DNA of 56,804 nt from Folioceros fuciformis (taxonomy: Eukaryota), in assembly GCA_049999805.1 (NCBI GenBank), contig JBNGIO010006230.1, positions 129,494 through 186,297 on the forward strand, given 5' to 3'. This document shows, piece after piece, positions 35,648-51,605 of the stretch (positions within the stretch are counted from its first letter, which is position 1; every line of letters begins with the position of its first letter). The notes under the pieces are model-generated. The model had not been told where the DNA came from and ran no database searches. It worked only from the letters and a program-made list of their open reading frames with translations. Both the position numbers and the translations under genes were made by a program.

Positions 35648-38600
35648 CTAGTGATCCAGTGAAACTTGCCGCATTTTACACACAAGGCGGACCGTTGGCA
35701 TGTCCAGCTGGGCTCCACCATCCTGCTTCACCAGCTCAAGCAGCTTCGACCTGGGGAGGCTGACGCAGGCTTGGAACGTGGCCAGGACCGCCGGGGTGGC
35801 CATGGAGAGAGCTGATAAGACGTTGCACAGGTATTCGATGTCCGCCGACAGCTGCTGAGCTCCCTGATCGCTCAGCGACTGAATGCCTCGGATCTGCTCG
35901 ATATACAGAGCTGTTGCGCCTTCGGCAACCTGCAAGAGAAGGGAATATACATCGAGTGTAAGGAGACTGGTGAGACCTTACCAAAGGATGTTCTGAGAGG
36001 AGAACAGTACCTTGAACATCCATTCCGTCGCGAAATACTGTGCTTCCTCTGAATGATATTCCCCCGTTTCTGATGCACCTCCAGTCGCACCTCCTCCCAA
36101 AGGTTCCAATTGCTGGGGCAGAGTGAACAAGTACTCACCGATGCTGGTGACATAGGGTAAAGGGTAGGCGCTGAAAGAAGGAAGCTCAAAGTCGTTGGCC
36201 TCCTCCTCAGCACTCCAGACAGCCAGGCGGGCCACGTCAGCCAGCTTCAACCGTACCTTGGATATGAGCACCTCATACACAAGATCGTTCACGGCTTCTG
36301 AGAACGCTGCGACTCGTTGAGATGTGTGAGGCAGGGCATGGAAACGTGGGTCCTTGGTCTGCATGACATCAAGCAAAGCGTTTGAGACAGACTGGGGAAA
36401 AGCATGATAGATACACGACCCCAACTGCCAGCGGTTACACCTACCTGCTCGAAAAGGCTGGCGAGACGCCTAGCCTTTTCAGGAGCATCAAAAAGTCTCA
36501 AGATGGCCATGTCTAGGGTCCATGCAGGTCCGAATTCCTCCGTTGCAGGCCCTGTGAGGGCTGACGCTGAGCTCAACAAACCAGACGCCAGAGCCTGAGT
36601 AAGTTGCAAGCGAGTACCCAATCTGACTAGTGTTGCTCGGAGTGACACTTCAAATACTGACGACCGTCCACTCAAACTGTCTGCAACAGTCAGCAATTGC
36701 AGGGCTCCTTGGACAACCGACCATTCCTCCTCCTCCGGAACCAACTCCGCTGCACTTAATGCATTTAAACCCGACCCACTGTCTCTCCTCCCAAAACCGA
36801 CCTCAGAAGCCTGTCCATCTGGTGCAGATTTATCCACTCCACAAACTTGGCGTAGTGAATTAAGGATTTCGACCAAGGATGCAAGGTAATGAAGCATCAC
36901 TTCATCAAGAGCGTGTACAAGAGCTTCTGCTTCGGAGCCTCCTGTGAAGCTAGTGCAACGCTCAACTGCTCCTTCCAATGCCAAAGTAACTGCTGGGATA
37001 GACGCCTCCATGCGTCGAACAGTCTCACTTAATTCTACTCCACGTGCACCCACGCCACCAGGTACAGGTCCCCGCAGATCCAATGCTGTTACCTCAGCGA
37101 TCAGCTCACTTTGTTCCAGTTCGCCGTACCTGAAATATTCCCACAAGAGCTAAAAGCTGAAAATAACAGAATTGATTACTTGCAGAAATACTCGAGAAAC
37201 AAAAAGCAAAACGGCTGACCTTTGCTTGTATGTCTCAAATGGTGAATAAACAGCTCTCAAGACACGAGCAACCTCCATGATATCAACAGCGGAGAACAAG
37301 TGCTGCACGTTCCTTGCAAATGCTCCAGTCATGCTGTGAAGTGCTAGAAGTATGCCCATCTTTGTGCCGCGCCCCTTGTCGCCTCCGCTCTCTGGCATAC
37401 CTCAGACTTAAGGCGATGCTACAAAGTCCAAAGTTCCCAGTAACATGACAAAGCAGAAAAGTGGCAAGCACAGCACAGACACCGGTTGTCACCTGAGGCA
37501 GAACCTTTGGCCCCCACTATTGCCTCTTCTGTGGCAGCGTCAACACGTGCAGTGAAGCTAGCAGAAATGGCTGACATTGTTTCAATCAGCACCTTAGGAA
37601 CAAGGGAGTTGTAGTCTTCAGCAAATGCCACTTGGCACCTAACACGACGTGAGTGAGGAGGCGGTGAACATAAATCCAATGCTGAAGAGTAATGTCGCAG
37701 TCGAGTCACTGACAACCCCTGACAAGGTTCCTGGACATGCCACTCACCACTTGTATTCCTGCTCAAGCTGAAGGAGGACCTCGTCATAGAATCTGGGCAA
37801 CCAATCTGAGAAGGAAGCCGCTGAAGCTCCATTGGCAACCGCAATTGCTGGCTGGTGTCGATCACTAGATTGCTTCTCGTTATGCGCCGGTTTGCCAGCA
37901 GCAATGGCCCCCTTCCCTGACTCAAACTCCTCCCACAAACGCCGGAGAGGCCGCACACGGACACGCGTGTAGTGCTGCTCCAAAGATCCATATCTGCCAA
38001 TGGTGATAAGGATATCCCGCAACCCCTGAGTGCTCTCAACCTGCAAAACACACAATGAGGACAAAGGAAATTGCAATGCCCAAAGAATCCCTGTCCTTCC
38101 ATCCATCAAATCACAAACGATCACCTTGCGCTGAGACAGGGCATCGGACAACCGTGGCTGGACCATTCCTTCCAGCCGATCCTCGAGAACTTCAAGCTGC
38201 CTTTTCACGTTGGCAAATTCCGGCACCTGGAAACCCCCGTCACTGCTCAGATACCGTTTGATCTGTACCCAGAAGTGCACAAAGATTGCAATCGCCTGTT
38301 AAGCCAAGGCCATCACCTCTCCCACTACTGCCAAGCACCGTCTCATGTTCGCTAGGGTTTCCGCAGCCCGGGGAAGGTCACCACTCGCGAACACATTCTC
38401 CACGCTCGCACTGAGTTGAGCCAAACCTGCAGCATCCTGCAGACGACTCAGACCAGTGAACCTCGCACCTGCAACCGCGCAACTACCCTACCGATCGCCA
38501 GAAACGATTCACTCAACCTGCAAAGTCTCGTGCGCAGCCTCCATTCTCTGCTTCACTTTGTCCACCCGCGCCAGCGCTGCCACGGACTCCGCAGACATGC

Positions 38601-38970
38601 GCCCCACCTACACACAATCTCCTGTCATCAATGAGCTACCTCCATCCCCACACACGCAGGCCCCTCCCACACCCCCATCACTTCCCACCTGCTCCAGCTT
38701 CAGCGAGATCCCAGACACAGTCGACCGCAAGCCGAGCGCATCGTCCCGCAACCGCACCACGTCCCGAAGAGCCCGCGGCGTCCGCAGCAGCGCAGCCACG
38801 CTCTGCTCCTCCAGGGCCCCTGCGATGTCCTCCGCCATCAACTGCAGCTTCATCTCCACATCCGCCAGGTACCGTTCGATACTGTCGTCCGCCCGCCGCT
38901 GCTTGCACACATCGTTCACCCACGCCTTGGCCTGGAAGGACTCTTCCGCGAACGCACCCAGATCCACCAT
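35648..38970 (-). CDS. COG7: Conserved oligomeric Golgi complex subunit 7
   Basis: MVDLGAFAEESFQAKAWVN...LADVEMKLQL, LEVLEDRLEGMVQPRL, WLPRFYDEVL, YVTSIGEYLFTLPQQLE, QQLSADIEYLCNVLSAL. Confidence 0.9.
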
Positions 38971-39166
38971 CGCGGTTGCAGCTCCCGCGAGCCCTGGATC
39001 TGTCACGTTGCTGGGAACCCGTTCTCACAACACCGCTACCCAGCGACCGTAGAACTAACTCACGTAACCAGATGGGGCGAGACGAAACGAGACGAAACGC
39101 TTACAGCGAGGACAAAAACGCTGGAAATGCAAATCGTTCGCAAGCACAGCGCGGAGATCCACGGCG

Positions 39167-40702
39167 ATGCAGCTGAACCTGCAGTGCCGGACTCCTTTGC
39201 AAGCCGCGCTCGCCAATGACAGCCCCAGCCCATGGCCGGATAGGCCGATGGCTTCCCGGGATTTCGCGCAGGGAGCTACGCGGAGGGAGCAGGAGGAGCT
39301 TCTGTGGCAGCACCTCTGCTCCAATCCGGGGGACTGGTGGGACAACAGGGGGGACAAGCGAAGCTCTCGGCATCCCAACTTCAGGCACAAGACGTCCAAG
39401 GGGCCGCTGTGGGTGGACAGCTACAACAAGCCGAGCTGGGTGGATTCACAGCTGGCCCGGACGGATTGGGCTGGGGAGGCCTGAGGGGAGGATGTAGAGC
39501 TGGGGGATGCTGTGGAGGCCTTGGATGACTTGTGCTAGTGTGGGGGCGCTGGAGGATGGGAGGGAGGTTCATTTGAGATTAGGGGAATGGGTTAGAAGGG
39601 GATGCTTTGTTGGTTACGAGTTTGGTGCACATGTATCCGAAATGTGGGAGGCTGGAGGATGCAAGGAGAGTGTTGGACAGTTTGCCCAGGAGGGAGGTGG
39701 TGGCATGGAATGCGATGATAACTGGCATACGCAGCAAGGGCGTGGGCGGGAAGCCCTGTGGTTGTATGGCAGGATGAGGAACGAGGTGGGTATGCCTTCT
39801 GCCAATCACGTAACCTTTTCGTGCCTCTTGCAAGCTTGTCACAGTGTTGGGGCATTGCAACAGGGGAAGGAAATCCATTTGGAAATTATGGATCGAGGGC
39901 TTGTGAGGGTAATGCGCTTATTGGCAGCTGCCTGGCGGAGATGTATTCCAAATGTGGGAGTCTGGAGGACGCTCGCAGGGTGGTCAACTCATGGCCTGCA
40001 AGGAATCTGGTGACATGGACAGCGATGCGCAAGGGCTATGCCGAGCACTGTGATGGGCACATGGCGATCCGGTGCTTCCAAGACATGCTGCAAGACGGTG
40101 TTGAGCCGGACGAGACGACCTTCACATGTCTCATGGTGGCGTGTAGCCATGCGGGCCTGGCGCGTGAGGGTCAGATGTATTTCAGGATGATGGTGGAGGA
40201 GTATGGGATCGTGCCTTCCGACTACCACCATAGTTGCATGGTGGATCTTCTTGGCCGGTCAGGACAACTGGAAGCCAGCGCACAGGAAGGAAAACCTGAG
40301 ACAGTCAGCAGGTGCTGCGGAGAAGGCCGCAGAGGCATGCATCGAAGTGAAAAACGAGGTGCACAGTAGGAGAGGAGAGGTCCGACTTCGGCTCAAAGCT
40401 GAAGAGCGTGAACACGAAGTTAAAGGAGGAAGGTGGGTCTATCCCTCCAACTCAGTTGGTGGTGAAACCAATATTCGAGCAAGAGAAAGAGGATATGTTG
40501 TCTGGTCTTGCTGAGAAACTGGCCTTGGCATATCGATTTTTGAACATTCCAGAAGGTACTACTTTGTTGGAGGGAAAGAATGTGCGGATGTGCAATGATT
40601 TGTCACAGCAGCACGACTGAGAATTGAGAGGTCATTGTTAGGGATGTTTCCAGATTACATCAGTTTGAGGAAGGTTTTCTTTCATGTGGTGAGTGCCATT
40701 GA
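39167..40702 (+). pseudogene. Decayed PLS-class PPR gene with an N-terminal OSB-type PDF motif and a C-terminal DYW:KP-type deaminase-like domain
   Basis: WWDNRGDKRSSRHPNFRHKTSKGPLWV motif. P/L/S repeats lie in shifting frames (VTFSCLLQAC, MYSKCGSLEDARRV, ACSHAGL, HSCMVDLLGRSG), followed by KAAEACIEV, LAEKLALAY, KNVRMCND and VIVRD..LHQF..GFLSCGECH*. Several stops and frameshifts; E region largely deleted. Confidence 0.85.
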
Positions 40703-40946
40703 CAAAGATCAGTTTGCGGAAGGCTTTTGTTCATGTGGTGAATGCCATTGACAAGTAGGCTGAGGAAATACAAAAGTTTTTGATGTTTTTGCACAATCAA
40801 AAAGCAATGTCGAGCAACAACATGTACAGGTTGGGACTATGAATGTGTAAGATACAGTAGGACAGGGCTACGGATCTTTGGTCTATGAAAGACCACACTG
40901 TTCAGAACAGAACTACTCTTGCTGGATAATGTACACAAGGCTGGAT

Positions 40947-41749
40947 CTAGGAGGAGTGTAGGAAGCCGAGGAGAGGGCCGTGCAACAGAAATTGCTCGGT
41001 GACGATGAGTGACACGAATCCGATCATGGCTGCCCTGCCGTTCCATCTCTCAGCCTTGGCGTTGAATGGGCCTGCGGCTCGGCTGTCGGGGGACTCCCCA
41101 CTGCCGAAGATGGGAATGAAAGACGCCCACACCACAATGGGGGCAGCTGCCAGGAACCAAAGCAGGCCGTTGCTCTCCGTCACCTGCTGCACCACGCTCT
41201 GGCCCGTGAGAAGCTCGGCAATGAAGGCCCAGGTGATGCCCAGCATGGAGAGGCGAGAGTTGATGGTCTCAGGGGCCGGTCCGTCGAACTTCATCACGCT
41301 CTCCACGGACGTGTTCCCCAGCTCCGGCCTCCTCTCGCTCTCGGGCCGGAAGAACTGGGCCGCGGGGGAGCCGTCGAACACCCGCAACGGCTCCTGCCCC
41401 TCGTTCTTCTTCACGTCCTGCTCGGTGATATCCACCTTCGTCTGCGGCTGCATGCACAAGCAGCAGCAGCAGGAACGGGAACAAGCGGAATCAGAATTGG
41501 AGCAAAGCCAGCTAGAATTGCAAGCTGCAACGTTAATCAGGGCTCTTTCTCCACGATCCTCCACGATCCTCCACGCACCAGAGGGGTGTCCTTATCCTGC
41601 TGCTGCACTGCACGGATAGCCAGGCCTCTCCTGGACGGCAGGCCCAGGTTCAGTCTCTGCCCGGCCCCTGCACGGAGATCTGCTGGCGACCCGCGGATAG
41701 CTGCGAGTGGTGACCTTGTGAGGCTGGAAGTTTGCACCATGGTTGCCAT
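40947..41749 (-). CDS. ELIP: Early light-induced protein (ELIP; LHC-like, three helices), 2 exons
   Basis: Transit peptide, then FDGPAPETINSRLSMLG and AERWNGRAAMIGF chlorophyll-binding helices; a GT-AG intron joins DTPL|PQTK. Confidence 0.85.
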
Positions 41750-41914
41750 TTTGGCGATGGAGTCCTCGAATGTGAGCGTGCAACGATCACGCAGCGAGAC
41801 AGGTGATGAGCCACAGAGCTGCAGCCTGGAGTGCTCGCTGGATGATCGATGCTCCAGGAGTAGAAATGGTGCAGTGGAAGCCGTGGGTCGGAGAGGGAAG
41901 AACAGGCACCGTTC

Positions 41915-41982
41915 TTCTATACAGCTGGAGGGAGGGAGAAGAGAGTGCCAATTGGCCATGGTCTATGCCCGTGCCACGTGCC
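41915..41982 (-). promoter_or_regulatory. Putative ELIP promoter elements: G-box/ABRE (GCCACGTGCC, core 41975-41980) and TATA-like TATAGAA (~41915-41921)
   Basis: The motifs lie 170-230 nt upstream of the ELIP ATG in a plausible order; G-box control of ELIPs is established in angiosperms. Confidence 0.45.
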
Positions 41983-43362
41983 TTTCCTGCAGTGCGGGCA
42001 TCCAGCATGTGAATTGACTTGGTCCAGATGTGTCCGCGCGGAGGAACGGGTGATAAATTGTACTCATCAGCGGCAGGTAATCAGGCACAGACGTTGCGCA
42101 GGCTGAGAGGCTGATCCCCCACATCGTTGCCACGAAGCCTTACACTTGGGGAGCTCACACTCCACCACGGCCTTGGCCAAAGGGCCTGACACGAAGCCGT
42201 TTTCCCCCTTGGAGGCTCTGAAAGCTGATGTGACAGAGGTTCATTGGCTGTGGTACCGTCGAAGAATGCGGGACCTCTAATCTGATTCCCGATGACAAAG
42301 AAGGCAAGGGTGCACCCAGCCCTGGTGCTTGCTTGTTCACAAGCATTCCCGGCTCACAAGAGATCCTCAAAGTTGCGCAAGTCATTGGTGACAGGCCAGA
42401 GAGTGAGCCAAATGGATTGCGCTTCTTCATGTCTCGCCTCGCCTCCAAGCTAGCACGAACATGTGCCGTACCAGTGCCAGGAAGGATGCTGCTGGCTGAA
42501 CACAGACGTGCAAGACCACAGACCTAGAAAATGTCGAGCTCATCCCTAGTAGCTTAGTGCTCGTACAACAACTGCCCCGAGGCAGAGGCCCACAAAAGCA
42601 TTTGATATGGGCTCCTCAACACACCTGGCCCAGCACATGTACAGCCATAGCTTCTTTCACTATTCGGGATCACAAGAGGTACCCACCACTCAGAAGAGCA
42701 TACTGGTGCTCCTGAGCCGACAGCGTTCCACATCCTGTCGGCTTCCCAGAAGGTTAATCGCCTGTTATAACACATGTGAGCAGGCGAGCACAAGCACATT
42801 TTAATTCAGGTCCTTGTGGCTGGCTGATCACACCCTTCATGTTGTTCCTCTGCTATGCGCCTTCATACAAATCATGAGCCTTCAATGTCTGATACGAGTG
42901 GGATTTCCACACAATCTACACTTTCTTTCTTCACGGTTTCCGCTTCGTGCTTCAGTGCTCACCATCGTGCTGCCTCGTGCAGGTGGGACCATGTGCATGT
43001 TTATAGCCCTTCCACCTCTTGTACACTACATTATAAGTCCACCACTGCCCTTTATCCTCATCGGATGAGGACCTCATCCTATGAAGGAAACAAGAGTTAA
43101 GGGAGCTCAAGCATTCTTCTCAACACCGCCAGCCACCATCTCTCCCTCTCTTTCATAGTTCCTCACTCATGAAAACATATGATCACAAGTGCATTATGGG
43201 CTCCAAGGTTCATCCTACCACAATAAGGTGTCATTCTAACCTCCCTACAATCATTGGCAACCAGAAGAGGAAAAAGCGATTGCAACACCATGTGACAACA
43301 CCTTACACTTTCCATAACATCTCATCACAACCCCTTCGTTTGTTGGCAACAAAGAAGAAGAA

Positions 43363-44290
43363 AGCTGGTGCAAGCACATATGACTCATGTCACTGAAGAA
43401 AGTTGGTGCAAGCACATATGACATATGACTCCTGGCACTGAACAAAGCCCCGGTGCAAGCACATGACATATGACTCCTGGCACTGAACAAAGCCCCGGTG
43501 CAAGCACATGACTCCTGTCACTTTTACAACAAGCACATGACTCCTGTCACATTTACAACTCATTCTGTATTGGTTCCTTGTAACAACTGGCTCTATGACA
43601 ATGTTCACTTTTATGACACTCTCTCGTTATTAGTTGTTTGGTTACAGCTTGGCTCCATGACAATGTTCAATTCACTTTATTACTGCTTACAGCTGGGCTT
43701 TTAAGCAACGGTCACTTTTACGATGCTTTCTCTTTATTGGGGCTTTATGGCAACGTTCACTTTTAGGATGCTCTCTCTTTATTGGGGCTTTATGGCAACG
43801 GTCACTTTTACGATGCTCTCTCTTTATTGGTTGCTCGTTACAGCTGGGCTCCAAGGCAATGTTCAATTCACTTTATTGTTTCACTTGTACCACAAACTCT
43901 TTATTGGTTGCTCATTACAGCTGGGCTCCAAGGCAACGTTCAATTCACTTTATTGTTTCACTTGTACCACACTCTCTCTTTATTGGTTGCTCGTTACAGC
44001 TGGGCTCCAAGGCAACGTTCAATTCACTTTATTGTTGCTTACAGCTTGGCTCCATGGCAATGTTCAATTCACTTTATGCTTCCAGTTGGCCTCTATGGCA
44101 AAGTTCACTTTTATGACACTCTCTCTTTATTGGTTGATTACAACTGTGCATGGCAGCATTCACTTTGATGACAATCTCTCTTTATTGGTTGCTCAATATA
44201 GCTAAGGTGCATGACAGCAATAAGTTCTACAATATACTCCCTTTTCATTGGTTGCAGGTTCCATGGCAGCATTGGCTTTTATGACTTTTT
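43363..44290. repeat. Complex AT-rich minisatellite array with two repeat families
   Basis: ggtgcaagcacatgac(tcct) units at ~43363-43560; ttcacttt..ctctctctttattggttgctcgttacagctgggctccaaggcaacgttcaa units at ~43590-44290. Confidence 0.85.
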
Positions 44291-44880
44291 TGAAACAACT
44301 CTCTCCTTATTTCCACCCAAAAGCAACTTGCAACATCAAATTTGAATTTGACAACAACTCATCACAATTCGCTCAACAACTTCAGAATCTTGAAATGATT
44401 CTCAAACTATCTAGTAACAATTCATAATCAATGTCTTCACAATCCCCTTCTTGTAGCAAGGATGTGTAGCTTGTTATAAGTCTTGTAGGATTTGTAGTTC
44501 TCTGTTGTTGTGGAGCCTTGTAGGAATGATTGTGAAAAAAGGTTTATAACTTGTTTTCTTGATATTTGTGATCGGTCTATAGTTGGAGGTGTTGTTCAAA
44601 GACGAATTTAATGTACGCGTTTTCTTCTTGCTGGAAAGCATGACAGGCTGTGGACACATAACGAAGATCGAAAAGGGTGTAGTACATGGGACAGACCGCA
44701 TAGGGCTTGCCAATGAGCAGCAAGGACAGCACACAGGACCGGCGGCCGGTGCGTTTGGTGGGAACGGAACAACGGAACGGGGGGCTTTAAAGGTGGTGAG
44801 TGGAGACGCACTACTTACATTGAGCTGCAATCCGCTTCTCCTCTCAGGGCCACAGCACAGCGCCTTTCCGCTCTGGAACG

Positions 44881-46057
44881 ATGCTGGCTCGAGGCTCCGC
44901 GCTGCTGCTGCGCCACCGCTGGAGTCCTGCGCTGAGGCAATTCGCGGCCGGGCTGCATGGTGAATTGCTCCCCCTGCATGATGCGCGTGTGCGCGGATTT
45001 AGCCGCCGCTGGCTCTGCTGACTGTTGGACGCTGCTGTGGCTGTCTGTTTTGTCCAGGTGCGGCACCACCCGCCCCAAAGAAGGAGGATGATCCGGAGGA
45101 GTACAAGGATTGGTCCTCAGGTGAGCTCGGTGGCCAGGGTTTGAGGTGCAGCTTGAATTGGCGATGCTGTCTGGATGTCCGTAACATGTCTTTCTGATCT
45201 GTGTGTGTGTGTGCGTGCGTGCGTGTGTGGCTGCAGTGTTGGACAAGAGCATGAACACTCTGTTCCTGACTGAAATGGCGCGGGGGATGGCTCTCACGTT
45301 GAAGTACTACTTCGACAAGAAGGTCACGGTGCGTGTTGCTTGTCGTTTGTCGATGCTGCTCGGTGCCGGATTGTGGTTAGGTTTGGACGCTGCTCATGGT
45401 GCGCGGTGCGTGGCAGATCAACTACCCGTTCGAGAAGGGCCCCTTGAGCCCACGGTTTCGAGGGGAGCATGCCTTGCGGCGGTATCCCACCGGGGAGGAG
45501 CGGTGTATAGCTTGCAAGCTCTGTGAAGCGGTATCTGCGTCCGCAGCGCTGGGGTCGTTGCTGGTTTGTTGCGTCTGGGATGGGATCCTGACGTTGTAGG
45601 TGGTTTGCAGGTCTGTCCAGCCCAGGCCATCACGATTGAAGCTGAAGAGCGAGAGGATGGAAGCCGTCGTACGACAAGGTGGGGCCACGAGGTCTCCGGT
45701 GTATGTGATTTGGTTTCACGTTCGTGCATCTCATGAATCTTCTGCTTGTTGTTGCGCAGATATGACATCGACATGACGAAGTGCATCTACTGCGGTTTTT
45801 GCCAAGAGGCCTGCCCTGTTGATGCCATTGTTGAAGGGCCCAACTTTGAGTTTTCCACCGAGACCCATGAGGTATGTGCGCGTGTCCTGTTAGTTGAGAT
45901 CCAGGGCCTGGATACCGTCTTCACAGCTCAAGGTGTCGCCCCGTGTCGGTGTCCGTCGCAGGAGCTCCTTTACGACAAGGAAAAGCTGTTGGAAAATGGA
46001 GATCGTTGGGAGACTGAAATTGCTGAGAATCTGCGGTCAGAGGCTCTGTACCGATGA
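44881..46057 (+). CDS. NDUFS8: Mitochondrial complex I iron-sulfur subunit TYKY/NDUFS8 (7 exons)
   Basis: [96 protein letters not shown]. Confidence 0.97.
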
Positions 46058-47043
46058 CTTGATCGATTAAGGCAACCGGCTCCATCTTGTGTTGATCATT
46101 TTCCTGTCTGCGTAAAACTGATTTTGTGGAGCACTTGTGCTGATGCTTGGTTGGGCCTTGGGAGTGGTGAGTTTAACTCCGTGCAAGCTACATCGTTCGT
46201 TTTCCATGAAAAACCAATGGACAGGTTCTTGTAACAACTATTGTTACGTTATTCAATGCAAGAGGTCAGCCGCCTGCTGATGGCGGGTTGTAGGAAGATA
46301 TCATGTGGAGGAGTAACCAGCGTTTGATTCTAAAAGGAAAACTGTCATTTTTCTCCCGAGCTTGGGAAGGAGGAGGGGATTGTTCTTGATTTTGTCATTT
46401 TTATTCTACACCGGTGGAAGTGTTTCTGTCTGTGTTCACTATTCATGGGTGGTTGATCTAGATTGTGGACCAGATGGTATCTGCGCGTTACTGTGACTTA
46501 ACTTTGTGCTCATGCCTTGTGCACTCCCAGGCTGCAGCGAGTGACATCTGACGTCATGTTGATGGGCCGCGCCTCGTCCTGTACAGTGGGCGTTCTTCTG
46601 TGTTGTTGCGGGTTGATGGGCTTTGAGGATGCAAGTATAGTGCATCAACCAAAGCTTATCAATACGCAACACCTTAGAAGAAAGTCTAGCGCTGGATTTT
46701 GGAACCTGAGCCCGACGCAAGTGAAATACTGAGGACGAAACTCTGAATCCCTCTGCTGACAGGGGTGTGAACTCTGAAACAGGATTCTGCTACATACGTG
46801 CGATCTTGCCGTTATAGAAGGTCGAACCATATCTGAAGCAAAAGCTGCAGGCTGGTTCAAAAAGACCTGACAGGTTTGTCTGCAGAGGCGTACCTGCCCT
46901 CATAAATGTATGACGAAAAGTTTAAGCAAAACATCTAGATATAGGTCAGCTCATTCAAAATTCCTGCTGTACAGCTACTAATTTCCTGCAAACCAATAGA
47001 ACACTACAAACGTCTGTGACCTGTACAAAAAACATTACAGAAT

Positions 47044-47828
47044 TCACTTCGTCAGAAAGTACGCAAGAAGTAGCAAGCAAACAAAGGACGCGGAAATGGT
47101 CACGATCTTCCGACTCGACTTCGTGCTGAACACCTGCAAGTATGCACACACGAAATTTTAAAGAAGTCCTGAACTGTTTCGAAACACAAAAATCTCGTGG
47201 GTTTTGCTAATCTTACGGCAGTCATACGATCCGCAACACCAGACATCGTCCCTCGGGCAGTCTCCACATCAATTCCCTGCAAGCACGCCACACATCCAAA
47301 ATCAACAAAAAACAGGGGCGCATCTGCTGAAGAAGCAGTCACAATTGTAGGGACTCGTCTTACCAGACGATCCAGCAACTTGTTGTGCGTCTGCACCTCA
47401 GTATGTACATCAGAACTCAACTGCCGCAACGCCAGACGAGACGAAGTCTGGTAAGCAAAGAGATCGGAGTCGCATCAAACTCAAACTTCACTTGCACCAC
47501 TGCACATATGCCATACCATTTTCAGCAACTTAACTCGATCTTGAAGTTCTCCCAAAGCCTGCTCATTCTCGACCTCGGCAATCTCGTTGGAGCTGTAGAA
47601 AGACGACGCAACCCGAGCCCCTCCGTCTTCGAGGTCGTCGAACAGAGCAGCACGAGTTCCCCGAGAATCTCTGCAACGCACACCCCACACATGAGCCCTA
47701 CAAACCGATAACTGGCAATCCGAGAGTTCCATCTCCGTGAAACCCATAACCTGTGCTCAGTCCCTACCACCCCAACGCAGCAGCAGGTCACCCGAAAAAA
47801 TCGGCTAGTGGGCTCACCTGTACGCCAT
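47044..47828 (-). CDS. BET1: Bet1-like Qc-SNARE (5 exons)
   Basis: MAYR|DSRGTRAALFDDLEDGG, ENEQALGELQDRVKLLK|LSSDVHTEVQTHNKLLDRL and a C-terminal TM segment ...LLLLAYFLTK*. Confidence 0.88.
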
Positions 47829-48479
47829 CGCGAGCAGACGATCGTCTCACTCGCCCTTCTCGGAAACAGCTGGGACACTTGTAGTCGTCAACTGGAAAAC
47901 AACAAGCCCCTGCTCCGCTTGCGTTGAATCCTTGCAACTCTTTCACAAAACCCTGAAGGACAAAGGAAGTCCGTATGCCCAGTAGACGATGCGACCTCAC
48001 GACAAAGTTCGAGTCACAGCGCAGGTATCCGCTCACCAAGCTACGATCCAAAAGCAGACTGCCACAGATTATGCGAGATCCTTGTCGGAATTCATTTCTC
48101 AATTCAAGGCCTTAAGCAAGATTTCGTTGCTTATACAGTATGTATATCTGGCAGCCCTAACGTGAGCCACCTCGAGCGGAGTAGAAAGAGTCTACCCAGA
48201 TTCCTGTTAGTGTACACGGCGCCCTCGGAGATCGTCTCAAGGTATGACAAGTCGAAGCAACAGCTGGCCACGAGTGTTCAGAAGGGATTAAAATTGGACA
48301 ACGCTCGGAACCGAACACGATAAGATGAAACAGATGCGCGTATCGAGTCGGAGCTTCTCCTAGAGCCTGTAAGTATTTTATGGGGGAGAGATGAAACTGT
48401 AGGATCTTCCGACTTAGTGTTACCATTAGGGTTTAGGCTTAGCAATTTGGAGCTCGAGGTTGGGCAGTGTGTTCCGTCC

Positions 48480-51605
<3,126 letters not shown>

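Noticed and set aside
41990-42900. Short ORFs upstream of ELIP
   Set aside because: No recognisable homology or splice-consistent gene model
43723-44205. Hydrophobic repetitive ORFs (LSLYW...)
   Set aside because: They are by-products of the minisatellite, open in several frames, with no family resemblance
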